A DNA stretch of 62,759 nucleotides, counting the filler, from Sphacelaria rigidula (taxonomy: Eukaryota), in assembly GCA_964200075.2 (NCBI GenBank). It is 6 parts of 6 records of this genome, joined end to end, with 100 filler letters (N's around TTAATTAATTAA, not from the genome) between each part and the next. Parts side by side here need not be neighbours in the genome. Positions count along the whole stretch, not along the records: positions 20,955 to 31,331 come from CAXNAA020006619.1; positions 31,432 to 41,807 come from CAXNAA020006620.1; 4 more parts are not named here. One strand, 5' to 3'. This document shows positions 23,480 to 36,400 of this stretch, in pieces. Both the position numbers and the translations under genes were made by a program. Numbering within the stretch: the stretch's first letter is position 1; each line of letters opens with the position of its first letter. A model generated the notes under the pieces. The model was not told the DNA's origin and searched no databases. It worked only from the letters and a program-made list of their open reading frames with translations.

Positions 23480-24760
23480 CATGCATGCACCGAATTTCAC
23501 AACAGCTGTCAAAACATGCGTACTCTTCAACTTTGCATCCTGTTTCTACCCCCTCTTTCTCCCATGACTCTTGGATTCCTGCTGTATGTATGTTGCGTTT
23601 ACTCACTTGTTGGGCTATCTCTCCTCGTTTGCGCTTGTCTGTGACGAATCCACGCACGTTCCACGATCCTCTTCGCAACTTCCTTTCCGAATCATTACCT
23701 GCTCTCTTGTTGTCTCCTATACTCTTCCCGTGTCTCTTACATATACTTTCCCTTGCTTGATTGTTCTGCCCCTTGCCGGTTGGGACTTTGTCTATTTGTT
23801 TTTCGGGGCGCTATATTCCCTCTCCTTCCCCTTCCGGGTATTTACATGTTCCTGCCTCTCGTTCCCTCCGTTTGCCTGTGCACTATGTCTTAAGTTTGTT
23901 GTAACACGGGATTTTACAAATTGGGGATGAATCTTTTTTTGGGGATGAAAACCCGAAGGATTGAAATCTTGGTATCCACACCAAATCATCAAAATATGGG
24001 TCCATTCCTTCACCTACTGATAGCTATTGACAATTGCTACACGCCATAGAAAGTTTGGATTTCGATAACCGAAATGTTGGGGTCCTAGGTAAAAAAACAA
24101 TTTTGGGGACTTTCGGGTGTCCGAACGAACGCCAACATGGTCCCGAGATTTTTTTTTCACCTAGAACCCCAACATTTCGGTGATCGAAATCCAAATTTGC
24201 ATGGCGTGTAGAAAATGTCAATAGCTATCAGTAGGTGAAGAAATGAAACCATATTTCGAAGATTTGGTGTGGATACCAAGATTTTAATTCTCCGGTTTTC
24301 TCGTCCCCAATAAAAAACCCATCCCCAATTTGTAAGATCCCGTGGTTCATCCCGTTAGCAATGCATACTCTCCATCCTACCCTTCTAACCCATGCCGATA
24401 CCGTACTTGTTTCTATCCTTTCCCACTCCTTACTCGCTCCCTGTTTCAGCGTGACTCGGAAGTGTTCTCCCTTCATTTCTACTTTTCCTGTTGCCCAACA
24501 GTATAATCCAACTTCATCGCATTTCTTTTTGAACTCTATTCTCGTTCTGTCGCTACTCCACTGATGCTTCCGAGTAGACCATCGCTGCCGAACGTTTGGG
24601 CAACCATTCCCCCACACTTTGTCCCAGCTTCCATCCTTCAAGATCTCGAGAAGTCCACGTACCGCTTGGTGCTCCTTCCCGTACGTCATGTGGTCTTATC
24701 ATTGGTGAGGTTTTTGTTTCATGTATGCAGTAGGTCTTGGCATTTATGCCATACATTGTT
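23480..24760 (-). mobile_element. Non-LTR retrotransposon (LINE) 5' relic: ORF1-like fragment plus the start of the apurinic endonuclease, interrupted by a MITE
   Basis: ORF 23379-23678 reads GSWNVRG...IHTAGIQESW, the WNVRG and QE motifs of APE-type endonucleases; basic ORF 24345-24689 lies upstream on the same strand. Confidence 0.75.
23905..24344. mobile_element. Fold-back MITE family J inserted in the LINE relic
   Basis: CACGGGATTTTACAAATTGGGGATG / CATCCCCAATTTGTAAGATCCCGTG termini, with near-palindromic arms of about 200 bp; homolog at 29552-29980. Confidence 0.85.
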
Positions 24761-25027
24761 TACCCCTTCCCTTCATTAGGCGCATTTTGCACCCAATGTC
24801 GGAAATTTCTGGAAACGGCTGACCAGACGTCCACCGCCCAATGGAAACCGGTCAGGTTTTACGGGTATCTCACCACGAGACCCCAACCTCCACGTGAATT
24901 TGACATGGAGGGGGTGATGACCCTACCAGTTCGTACTGGTTATATACTCTGTACTCTCAATTTGCATGCCAGGCGGTCAATCGTCACGCTGTTGTTTACA
25001 TGTCTAGGTTTTGGATTTACCACTGTC

Positions 25028-25552
25028 TCAGGCTGTTTCTTCCGGTTCGTATTTTGTTTGGCTCGTATTTTCCACTTTTAGGACATTTGGCAACGTTTTA
25101 GACTCCCAAGCAGGAAAAACCGCTACCACAAGTCTTGAACACTTTGTATCACCCCACCGAGAGGAGCCTAGCCCACTTTTCCGATTCGCTTGGGTCAGAA
25201 ATTTCGAGAGCGGCCTCTGGACAAAAATACGAGGGAAACATATATTGCATTCTGTAGGTAAGTGACCTCTGGACAAAAATTCGAGGAAAACATATATTGC
25301 ACAGTCTATAGGTAACTTACCTACAGATTGTGCAATATATGCTTTCCACGTGTTTTTGTCCAGAGGCCACTCTCGAAATCTCTGACTCAAGCGAATCGGA
25401 AAAGTGGGCTAGGCTCCTCTCGGTGGGGTGATACAAAGTGTCCAAGACGTGTGGTGGCGCTTTTTCCTATTTGGGGGTCAAAAACGTTGTCAAATGTCCT
25501 AGAAGTGGAAAATACGAGCTCAACAAAATACGAACCGGAAGAAACGGCCTTA
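25028..25552. mobile_element. Fold-back MITE family K, about 220-bp arms (partial relative about 52085-52250)
   Basis: GTTTCTTCCGGTTCGTATTTTGTT...GTATCACCCCACCGAGAGGAGCCTAGCCCACTTTTCCGATTCGCTTG mirrored at 25387-25547. Confidence 0.85.
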
Positions 25553-25609
25553 CGTTTGTTATGATATTGGGGTAAAATCTCGGGTGTTTTCCGACTTGAT
25601 ATGGGTTTC

Positions 25610-26040
25610 TGTGTCTGTGTTTTGGTAGTTTGAATCAAAAGGAGAGTTAACTGCTTTATTTCATGTCTATGTTCGGGCTGTGTTATGGAAGATTAAAGAA
25701 AAAGAAGGGATACCTTCGTTATTTCACGTCTATGTCAAGGCTGTGTTATATGGTAAGTTCAAGAAAAAGGAGGGTCAGCTTCTCTATTTCATGTCTATGT
25801 CCGGGCTGTGTTATCGTCGGTGAAATGAAGACGAGGGTCAGCTTCTTTATTTCATGTTCTTGTCGGGGCTGTATCATGGTAGGTTGAAGGAAGAAGAGGG
25901 TTAGCTCCTCTATTCGATGTCTATGTCTGGGCTGTATTATGGTAGGTTGGAGAAAAAAAAGGTTAGCTTCTCTATTCGATGTCTCTGTCCGAGCTGTGTT
26001 ATGGCATATTAATCAAAAAAGGGGATCGACTTCTTTATTT
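25610..26040. repeat. Degenerate 63-bp tandem array, about 6.5 units
   Basis: Unit starts (TATTYSAYGT; last one truncated) at 25657, 25720, 25785, 25848, 25911, 25973, 26036; consensus TATTTCATGTCTATGTCCGGGCTGTGTTATGGTAGGTTGAAGAAAAAGAGGGTYAGCTTCTC. Confidence 0.85.
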
Positions 26041-26854
26041 AACAGCGCATCCTAGAAAATGGGGTTCATCCAAAAAATGACGTTGATTTGGCATTTCTCC
26101 TTCGCAGGGAAGACGCGAAACACTTGCGACCAAGCCAAGCCATCTCCCCCCCCCCGAATGTTCGCAGCAGTTAAGCAGCTGTGGCAGGTGCACCTAACGA
26201 ATTCGGTGTACACGCGTGTCGATGACGATATCACCAGAGAGAGAAGGAACGATAGAGAGGAAGCTCCTCGCCCGTGTCCTTTGTGTGTCCTCGCTCGGCG
26301 ATTACCAATCGCTCGAGAAACTGGCATCATCGATGTTATTACACCAGCATGTGCCAAATTTTCCATATGCCAGAACATCGACGTACGGAGAGATTCCGTC
26401 TCTTCTTGCCTGTCGAGCTCACAAACGCGAAGACCGATCTCTCTCTACCTCTCCTCTTGGACAGGGCGCGGCTCTGTGCGCTGAAAACCATGTCGTTGAA
26501 AAATAGGGCAATGTTCCCGTCACCGCTACTATTGTTCTCTGTCACACACATGCCAGCAAGGGCGGTGCTGCGGCAATAACAGATAGATCCAATTTGAACT
26601 TAGGGTGTGTTATTCATCGTTGAGTTTACCCACACCTCCCCCGCCAGCCGGGCGCCCAAGCAGAACACGCCAGTTGAGGGGGGTGTACCAGAGATCAAAC
26701 ACTTGTGGAGATCTTTTTGACATGCGGAGTGAAAAAAGATACTCATGGTGGTGACCCAACTGTTGCTAGCGTGGCGCATAGGCAAGCTGCAGCAGACGGT
26801 GGTCGCGTGGACAGCTCGGTACAGTAGGAGTAATAGCTTCCCATAAGTAGTAAT

Positions 26855-27403
26855 TTTTCCGATGTCAGGAGGACGTGGTCACCAAGTGGTCACGGTAATC
26901 AACTGCATCGAACTTGCAAGACTTGTGAGAGCTAGAGAGTTTGATTTTTATGATCTGCATCCATAAAATGACAACGGTTCTGAAAACACGAGGGAGGACA
27001 GCTTTCCTGTCCTCCAGCCAGGCATCGATCAACGAGGAAAGACTTTTACAGGCGGATACAACACACATGGGGCCCCGGAGAAGTTTCTTTCCATCAAAAT
27101 TTGTGTTTTTCAAGCTGCAAAGGGTTCCATGCGCATCGTTTTCTAATACGAACTGTAACTTGTCGACTTTTGTTCCGTTGTTCGACCACTTTCCGATGCC
27201 GATCCCGGAAAAGTTCCGTATTGCTGTTCGATAGTTTCTTCGGATGTTTGACGGGACCCGAAGCGGCCACCTTCCCTCGTGTTTTCAGAACCGTTGTCAT
27301 TTTGTGGATGCAGATCATAAAGATCAAACTCTCTAGCTTTCACAGGTCTTGCGACTTCAATGCAGTTGGTTTACCGTGATCACGTCCTCCTGACATCGGA
27401 AAA
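26855..27403. mobile_element. MITE with about 135-bp TIRs
   Basis: TTTTCCGATGTCAGGAGGACGTG...AAAATGACAACGGTTCTGAAAACACGAGGGA is mirrored at 27272-27403. Confidence 0.85.
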
Positions 27404-29551
27404 GTTTCGTATTTCGGAACCAACAGCTGGCTGGTTGTTGATCCACATGCCGCTGAAATATCCGCCCAAGAAATACATTTTAGTACCTGCCGGTCTGTAT
27501 CCAGAAACGGCTCAGTAAGTACAATATCTATCATACAAAATGTGCATCTCATAGTTGAAGCACTCGCAGACTATGACAAGAGGCGAGAGTGCTGCATCCA
27601 CACCTTCTCCCGTACCACAAAAAGTGTAGACCAACAAAACTAAGCGTTGAAGAATTTAAACACAAAAGGGTGCACGGTACTCAATCAAGACAGATGCAAA
27701 AGCACTACATGCAAAGGCACCACCATGACCAGCCGATCGTATGAAATCGCCCCGAAAAAACAAAAAACACAATTGAACCGAGATACAAGATGCAGTGTTC
27801 CAAATTCCGTCGGACTTCAGGGGAAGTCAAAGGAAATAAAAATAAATAGGAGAAATTTCAAGAGAAAAAAAGAAACGATCGAACCGATACACAAAAAATG
27901 TACTGTCCTGAGATTCCGTGAATATTTCAGAAGGAATCATGGGAAATCAGAGGCGAATCATCGAAACAATAATCATACACTGCCGTTACTATATCATATT
28001 TAGAAAAGGTTACTCTTTTCCGGAATTCCGTTTCTTCAGCCTCATTGGTAGAAACAAGCATGCAAGCCCACCAAGGCATTACATCAGTCCAATAACCAGT
28101 TTATGATAATCGCTTGTCTCAGTCAATCGGCAAAACCAACAACGTACGGCTGATACGTCGCGGAAAACAAAGTTTCCCGTAAGAACCATAAGTTGAAAAA
28201 AAAAAACGAAATACGCATGATACGGACAAGCTGACTCGATTATCATGAGTTAATTGTCGGTACATGTGTGTGAGAGTGCAACGTGCTGATAATACGCCTG
28301 GGTGATGATCCAGCCGTACAGTAGGGGGCCAACGCAGTCCACTTCTCACGGTACTCGCCCGTTCGGACGACACCGATCTGATGCGCTGGCTCAAACTGGA
28401 GCAAAAACCCCAGCCGGGCTTACCGTCACGTCGTATCGTCACTCAACAACCCCTGATAAAAAACATAACACCACCAACGAATTTCAGAGGCGGGTAACCG
28501 TACGCAAAAACTGGTGAATGCAGTGATGAGAAAAATAGCGAGTGGCGGAATCTGAGGCTGTAGGCTGTACCAATGGCGGAACATCGACATGGCGGAACGA
28601 CAGTTCCGGAAGTGCAATCGAACCTAGCATGACACGTAATGGTCCTATATGAGGAGGCGTTTGCAATGACGTACATACCACGACTTCAATGACAGTTCCT
28701 CAACATCGTTACGTACGACGCGGTCAGTGGTGACCGCGCTGTATCTCACCAGTCACCGGAACATAAATCATCTAGTTGCGTCGTATTGCACGTGACCCTT
28801 CCTATAAACGAGGTCGGTTTCAATTGGGCAGGACTCGTAGACAAGTGGCCAAGTGTTCTGGTCTCGAGGGTCAGAATCTGTGGAACACTCATGACGAAAT
28901 TCTCAACAAACTGGCGCAAAGAAAAACGAAAGAAAAAACAATTACAAATAAATTAGAAGCACCCTTGATAACAGTGACGACAAAATAAAAGTACAATAAA
29001 GCAGAAAAATAACACGCGGCGAACGTCCCCATTAACGGAAGCAGTTGTCGCGTGTACGAAGCAAGTAGGGTCGAGGGTTTCAGCCGAGAGGGTCAAAAGG
29101 TTATGGACTCTCGATCCCAATTACTACCGTCTATAGTAACATAAAACCCAAGGTGGAACGCACACAAAAGAAAACACGTTACGACCGATATCGAAGACGG
29201 AGGCGGTATTTTGTGTATGGAGCGATTGGAGGAAAGCGCAAGTATTCCAGACGGGGGGATCAGGCATGTCTGGCGCTCGCTACGGAAACTCTCGACCGAT
29301 AAAAAAAAAAGAATTAGTGAACAAAGAAGACAAAAGGTGTGCAAAACGACGAAAGGCAAGAAAACAACTCGTGGTAACCGTTCCAGTAAACGAGATGGTC
29401 GTGAGAGTACGGCGCAGAGGACGAAGGTTCAAATGTTGCAGACTCGGGATCACGAATGCAACGGTCGTCACGGAATACTCCGACATATGAACCCAGAAAT
29501 TAGCATATATATATATATACATATATCAAACAAAATAACAAAGTTACAGAA

Positions 29552-29980
29552 AACACGATATTTTACAAGTTGGGGATGGATCATTTATTGGGGATGAAAA
29601 CCCGGAGGGTTAAAATCTTGATATCCACACCAAATCTTCGAAGTATGCTTCCATTTCTCCACTTGTCGATAGCCATTGACAACTACTACACGCCATACGA
29701 ACTTGGATTTTGATAACCGAAACATCGGGGTCCTAGGTCAAAAACCAATTTTGGCGTCCGATCGGACACCTAAAATCCCCAAAAATCGGTTTTTCACCTA
29801 GAACCCCCACATTTCGGTTATCGAAGTCCAAATTTGCAAGGCGTGTAGTAGTTGTCAACAGCTCGGCAAGTGAAGACATAGAAGCATACTTCGAAGATTT
29901 GGTGTGGATACGAAGATTCTAATTCTCCGGTTTTTCATCTTTAACAGAAGATCCATCCCCAATCGGTTAAATCCTGTGTT
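29552..29980. mobile_element. Fold-back MITE family J, second copy
   Basis: Homologous to 23905-24344 (TTTTACAA.TTGGGGATG, ATCCACACCAAATC, GGGGTCCTAGGT) with palindromic arms. Confidence 0.8.
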
Positions 29981-30489
29981 AAAACATGAAACGAAAAACA
30001 AAAAAAACGACACAAAAACAAAAACAAAACACAAAGAGAAGGTTCAAAGCCAAACATAAATACAAAATACCAAATGCAACTACTAGAGGAACGGGGGCTA
30101 CAACCGCACGGAAAAAGAAATGAAAGGGGGGGGGGGGGGGGGGGGACATGCTTTTCCAACGACGCTACGGCGCAAGACAAGCCTTTCGAACATGGTGCAC
30201 TACGCAAGGTGAGTGGGGAAGGTGAGTGGGGATGCAGTCTCGGATGCGGAAAGGGAGAAAGTAGAAAGTGCCAGATGCAGGATCGACAAAATAAATCTTA
30301 CCCAACCACCGCGGTGAATCTAAAGCCTTCTACCAAAAATACGTCCCCTTCCGCAAACGTTGTCCGTGAAAAGACTGCGCGTATTTTGAACGCGAGAGAA
30401 GGCTATATCCTGCTGCGACAAACCCCGCTCAGTGCTCTCGTGTTATATATAAATTTCTTATTCAACGGGCGGTGTTGGACGGCATCTCC

Positions 30490-31260
30490 TACCCAGTACA
30501 GCAATATTTCCCGACGAAAGTGACCTAAGTCTACTTCACGCTCCCATGTAACACGCATAATGTATACCCTTCCAATGTGTTTGATACATTACGGCTATCT
30601 TACCACCACGGCCGCGGACCAGTTAATGACCCGAAATCCTATCTACCACAACACGTTTCAGGGGTGCGTCCATATCCTCGACCTTCATATGATGCGGTGG
30701 AGTTTTGATCGCGTACGTGGTCAACACACATACTGGCTAAGCCCCAGAGGCAGTTGTTCGGGCATGTCAGAGGAGCCATGGGGAAGAACACATGATTTGC
30801 ATCGTAGCATCAAGACGCGGTTTTTCGGTTTCAAGCCTGGTTCATCCGTGGGGAAATCTAAATACAAAAGTTTCGCTCCCACCGAACTGTTGTCGGGTGC
30901 GGTAGTGCTTGGACCAACAGCCAAAATTTCCCAAGGACCACTCCAATTCAAGGAAAGTTTCGCTTTTAACACTTCGTCCAAAGAGGATGCCTTTGAGCTA
31001 GCCCCTTGATTGATGGTCTTCACATCGTTATATACCCATGCCCATTGGCCTACCTTCCACACCGGGCGGTTATGTACCACATCATTCAACACCGAGTTTG
31101 CCCTGGACACCTTGGCCAAATTGATTTGGTTCTATTATCGTACCACTTCATATGAAAGACGAACATGATTGCTAACCGACGAATGATACCTTACAACATC
31201 ACGGTCCAGACTCTGATGTCCGCCTGTGTTTTTGCGTTCGAACACCGTCAAAGCTAACCT
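30490..31260 (-). mobile_element. Ty3/Gypsy LTR-retrotransposon relic: integrase C-terminal region and chromodomain
   Basis: KVGQWAWVY...KAKLSLNWSGPWEILAVG (GPY/F-type motif), followed after a frameshift by VVDRISGH*LVRGRGGKIAVMYQTHWKG (chromodomain-like); stops and frameshifts present. Confidence 0.8.
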
Positions 31261-31331
31261 ATCCTAGGGCCGAAGCTCTCAAGAGCAGGGCGGCGCGTGT
31301 ACTGCGCCAAGTTGATAAGGGGTTTTAGTGG

Positions 31332-31431
31332 NNNNNNNNNNNNNNNNNNNNNNNNNNNNNNNNNNNNNNNNNNNNTTAATTAATTAANNNNNNNNNNNNN
31401 NNNNNNNNNNNNNNNNNNNNNNNNNNNNNNN
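31332..31431. other. Artificial linker N44-TTAATTAATTAA-N44
   Basis: Same spacer as 10378-10477. Confidence 0.97.
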
Positions 31432-31434
31432 CTC

Positions 31435-31585
31435 CTTGCCCGCCCTGTCCCGATGACCTCGTATGCCGGCATCTCTCACACACATCTACGTACACTACAC
31501 GACCGCACGGTAGCGACAGCCTGTAGCCAAAGCAGTAACATTATCTCACGCCTCGCCAAATTTGCCCGGACTAGTAGTGGTGAGT
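31435..31585. repeat. Dispersed repeat, inverted homolog of about 4700-4872
   Basis: ACAGCCTGTAGCCAA...TCTCACG is the reverse complement of CGTGAG...TTGGCTACAGGCTGT at 4760-4795. Confidence 0.6.
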
Positions 31586-33413
31586 ACTCGAGGCACACGA
31601 CACGGAACATGATCCCATGAATGTAATCATGGTAGATGATGAGCTTGGAGGGGCGGTGTGTCTGCCATCTCAGCGGTCTCCATGCAAAGGATCTCTGTAC
31701 ACGGCAGCTGACCGCATCCGCCAACGCCTGGGCAATAAACTATTTACAGGGGACAGCAGGCTGGGTGCCTCCCCCCCCCCCCCCCTCAAACTCTCGAATT
31801 TTCGATCTTGGGGCTTACGTTTCCCGAAATATTCTTTCGGCAGACCCTTGGTACGGCGGCTCTTTATTAGTGGGCCCAACTACGACGGGCAGTTGGCAAT
31901 AGGGGGTTGTTTAGTGAGTTGGAGTCTTACACTGCCTGTCGCACCCTACCTCGTGTGTTGCTTTCCAGCGACATGCTGTGAGTTAGAATCGGAACACGAC
32001 ACACACCCTCGAGGTGTAATAAGTGTAGGTAGAGGTTTGTCCCCCTGGCCTCCTCGTCGTCTTGATGGGGGTTCAAAAATAAAACAAAAAAACGTATATC
32101 CGATCGAGGGTGAAGACGCACCGGCGAGGTTCAGGGTATTCATTCACTAGCAGCGGTGCACCGAGGACGTGCTCGCAGAAAAGTTAGGGATGTATATATA
32201 CAGAGGTCGGAAGCCAGTACAACCACATGGATACTATACAATTGATTTTGAGTTCGTTAATTGCGAGGAAAGTGGTGCCATGATCTCTCATCTAGTCTAG
32301 GTGTGTATTTAGTATGCCGATAACGTGACATACACGAGAGCGCAAGGAAAATTCCTCGTGAAGACCTCATCAGGTTGCCAGCGCATTTGGACGCCGATGA
32401 CTGCGTTTTACAGGCGTCGATGCTAACGCTCTCGTGTTCTTGTGTAGTGATGCTGCACAGTTTGTACACACTTCATGTACGTATTTGCTACTATCTTCCT
32501 CCTCGTTGAGTTGCCGGGCGACGCGCATAGGCTGATCCAGCCACGAGGTGGTCCGAGGCCAAATACGCTGTACTTTTCCTGGTGGTCATCGGCACGGGCA
32601 TGATGAACAAACAGCTCACGAGGCGTTCCCGGAAAATACAGCATGTATATCACAGCAGAGAATGATAGCTGTCCCGCTCACCTTGGAGACCCTTCGTTTG
32701 CAGGTAATACGAGTTGCCTTGACACCAAATGTTTCTCATCATTATCGCCAAAAATTATCAAAGACAAAAGGCGCTTCTGTCTATACTCTAGACTGCTGCA
32801 GTAGATTTATATATGCTGTTTCCAGTGTTGCTCTTCTGTGCAGCTAGTGTGCACGCTAGGATAGGACTTGATTGGTATGGTCTCCTGGTCCATGCGCTGT
32901 TTGCTTGTTAACAATTCTGTCGACCTCTGCATCTGTTTTCCCATTCCTGTTTCCGACCTCGACCGGACTCTTGTTATCCATGTGCTGGCGTAAAGTAAAC
33001 CTGCAGCATAATCAATATATACAGGTTTTATTTCTCGTACGTACGAGAATATTTGGAAGACGAACAGCAGGGACTACATGTTTGCTCGGTTGGTGCATGT
33101 CGTTCCCAGCAGTCAACAACATTTCATGCTTGCATGGAGTAACGCACCGTGTCAGTCTTGGATTATCCAGGCTGCGCAGAGCAGAGTACCTACGGCCATA
33201 CTCCCGAAAACCATATTTTATTTAATTTTTTGACAGGTAGCCGCAAAGGGTGTGCGATCACATGCTAGATCCGTGTCAACCATTTGATGGCTTGGGATAG
33301 TAGTATTGATAAAATTTGTACACTGCTACCGAAATCAAACACTGAAGATAATCTGCGCCCGTAACATTACATAACTCAGGCACAACTTCACCAATATACA
33401 GTTCTAAATGGGC

Positions 33414-36400
33414 TCATCGCTTGTTCTTCGATGGAACAGACGCTGCGGGGAACAACGCCAAGAAGTGGTTGCCCTCGCTCGTCTGGGACCCAGGATCCAA
33501 CTCGGGAAATCTGCCGGAGAAATATGGAAAATGAGGAGCAGTCGACCGTGCAGCGAGAAAGTCGGTGGAGGATAAGCAACTCTGTAGAAGTGGTACATAA
33601 ATCGCTGTAGAGGTGAAGGGATCGTAATATGTACGCTACCAGGCAGTGGTGAGCGAAGGCCCGGTACGAAAGATAAAATAATAATGTGCATATATATATA
33701 CGTTCGTTACACGCAGTATATTGCGAATCGTCGACGTTCGTCAATTTCGGTGGGCACCTCCTCACCTTGCGTACGTGGAGAGCACGTGCATCGGCTCTTT
33801 CGCCTGGTACTGTGGCGTTCCAAATGCCCCAATTCGCTCAAGGCCAAATCTGTCATGTGCGCAGGGCAAGGGCGAAACATGACAAAAATCAAACTATGCC
33901 GTCAAGCAATACATTAAGAAGGGGCAGACGAATAGGCGGAACCAACAGAAGTCAGGACGGGTCCAAAACCAACGTTAACTCATGGTCGGGCATCTATCTT
34001 GCGTGTCATGCGCGGCTCGCACAATCGGTGGTGCGACATGGACACAGCATGAGCCGGGTGAGCATACGGCGGATTGTCACGCCCTCCTCAGTGAAAGCAC
34101 TCGTTACTCAACTATGCATACACGCGCGTCATCAACCACATGATCACGCCCGGACTCCATCACAGCATTTTCGATAATTGTCATGTACCAGACCAAAACT
34201 AAAAGCCGCCATGACGAGCGAGCATGATTCACTCCAGGTGATCGTTGACACACGAGTCTTACCTCAGACCGGTTGACCTCAACTCATAAACGTGTATCGG
34301 CCTTTGGAGCACATGCGTCAGCGCCACCACCTCCGGCCCCCCTCCCCACCTAGTGTTGTCGCGCATTGCCTGCAGTGTGTACGTCAAAACGAGAAATAGC
34401 TCAAATAGGGAGCAGCGAGATAGAACGTCTGGGTGTGAGCCTTGTCTACGTTTACCCGGAGCATCACGGAAAATGCCAGCTGTTTTGGGTTGAACAAATA
34501 GTAATGTAGCTAGACGAACGACGGACGTTTCCCTGGAAAGCAAAAGCAACCGTTTGTGACGTGGCTTGATTTCACCATGTGGAGAAAAGGTGAACGGGTT
34601 CCCTGCCCCGAGCAGTGCAGCAACTAAGTAGATAGATGAGCACGACCTAAACACCCCAAGAACAACTTGCCGTACTTACCACTAAATACTCCTCCCCATC
34701 TTTCATGTTTCTAGCTTTTGCCTGAGCACCAACCAGCTCCCTCGCGGACATGGTATTCCCTTCCAGGGAAATCTGCTTCCCCTTCTCGTACGAGTCGGCG
34801 AGGAAGTCGACCGCTTTCTGGACAGAGGAAATAAGAGACATTAGTATATTGCAGCACGGGAAAGCAAGCCACACTTCAAGCGTAGGAGAAAAACGACCCG
34901 GCCGTCCGTGCGCGATCCAACGGGACAGTTATTTTGCGGATGGTGTAGATGAATAATCCACCACGTACTACAGATGCATAGTGAGGTCCTTTTTAACGCC
35001 CAAGCAGGGAAATGACGCCGAAAACCGTGGTACCATCGACTGGTGTATACTAAACGAGGCACGGCACCTGACACAGACCAAAAACGGGGCTTTGTGGCGG
35101 CGTCACGGCACTACACTCTCCATCCTACCGGAGGTTACAATTGCAAGAATCGGCCTAAACCCAGACCACCTAGGGTCAGAGTTATCGCCCTGGAGACTAC
35201 CCTTACTATAGTTTCTCGGAGCCTACCATCACGGAACCATGACGCTGGCTATTCCGCGGCGTGGCTATTATAGTGCATGAACTACTCTCAAAATTCCATT
35301 TGTCATGCCCGCCGTTGCCTAGTATGAATGCTAAAATACGCTGACAGGAAAGAAGCGCTCACTTTTCGAAGCTCCTTCGCTTTCAATTCGATCGCCTTAG
35401 GCTCGACAGATGGGTGTTCTCCAGTCGCGAAGTAGTCTTCGCTCGCCGAAACCGCGGAGAACAGCGCATTGCCATTCACTGGCACCTGTTTGTTGAACGC
35501 CACCACACGGCGCATATGCACCCGAGGACAGGAGAATCGTTCACACGCCGCACTTCTGCGCGATGAAAACTACGGAGGTTCACAAAAAAATATTGCCACC
35601 ATATCCAAGGCACGCCGTCTTGCCTCAAGTGTTAGCATAGATACGCTATATATTATTACTTGCCATCACCGCAGCAAAGACATGCGTACCTGCCACTTGT
35701 CATCATCTATTGCCCAGTCTTGACCGGGAGATTTTACCCTGAAACCCACTTCACAGTTCAACCCAGGCTGGACGATATTCAGCTGTTTGGTACGCTTCGA
35801 ACTCGACTTTCACAGGGTTCACAGACATAATTTTGAGCCACCACAGCTATACCGTGCCGTTGACGCATGAAGATGCCTGTTTCACGGAGGAAATAGCGTT
35901 TTATCGCTACAAAAAGCTGATACGGACCACAATGAAATGCCGGCGGAATAGCTGTTGTCACCTTTTGCAAACGATTCGAATTCATTCACCTGGCGTGCAA
36001 TCATGGCACCGCTCATTCCCTGCACAGCCAACACGTCTTGGCAGAAACCGTCCTCGTCTACCTCTCCCGTGTGCTTCGGCTTGGTCGAGACAGAATCTGA
36101 TAAAAGTCATACAAAATCGCGTGGTGCATACATGTACGTTAGACGTACGAAACTATGACTACATGCAACGGAGATACAAACGCGGAAAGGTACCCCGCTC
36201 CGAACACGGACGACAAAAAGGTAGGCGTATACGTGTGTGCCTTGTGACTCAGACTTACTGGTTGAGAATTTTGATTGATAGGGGCCTGGACAACTCACTC
36301 GGAACCTGTTCCCATGTCCTTGCGCCTCCTCCATTCGAGTCCGACGTATCCGTTATCATATCGCCCACCTTCATTTTTCTCTTGCCCTTCCTCTACCCAA

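Noticed and set aside
25610-26040. CRISPR-like array
   Set aside because: The 'spacer' portions are homologous to one another, the repeats are degenerate, no cas genes are present and the context is eukaryotic.
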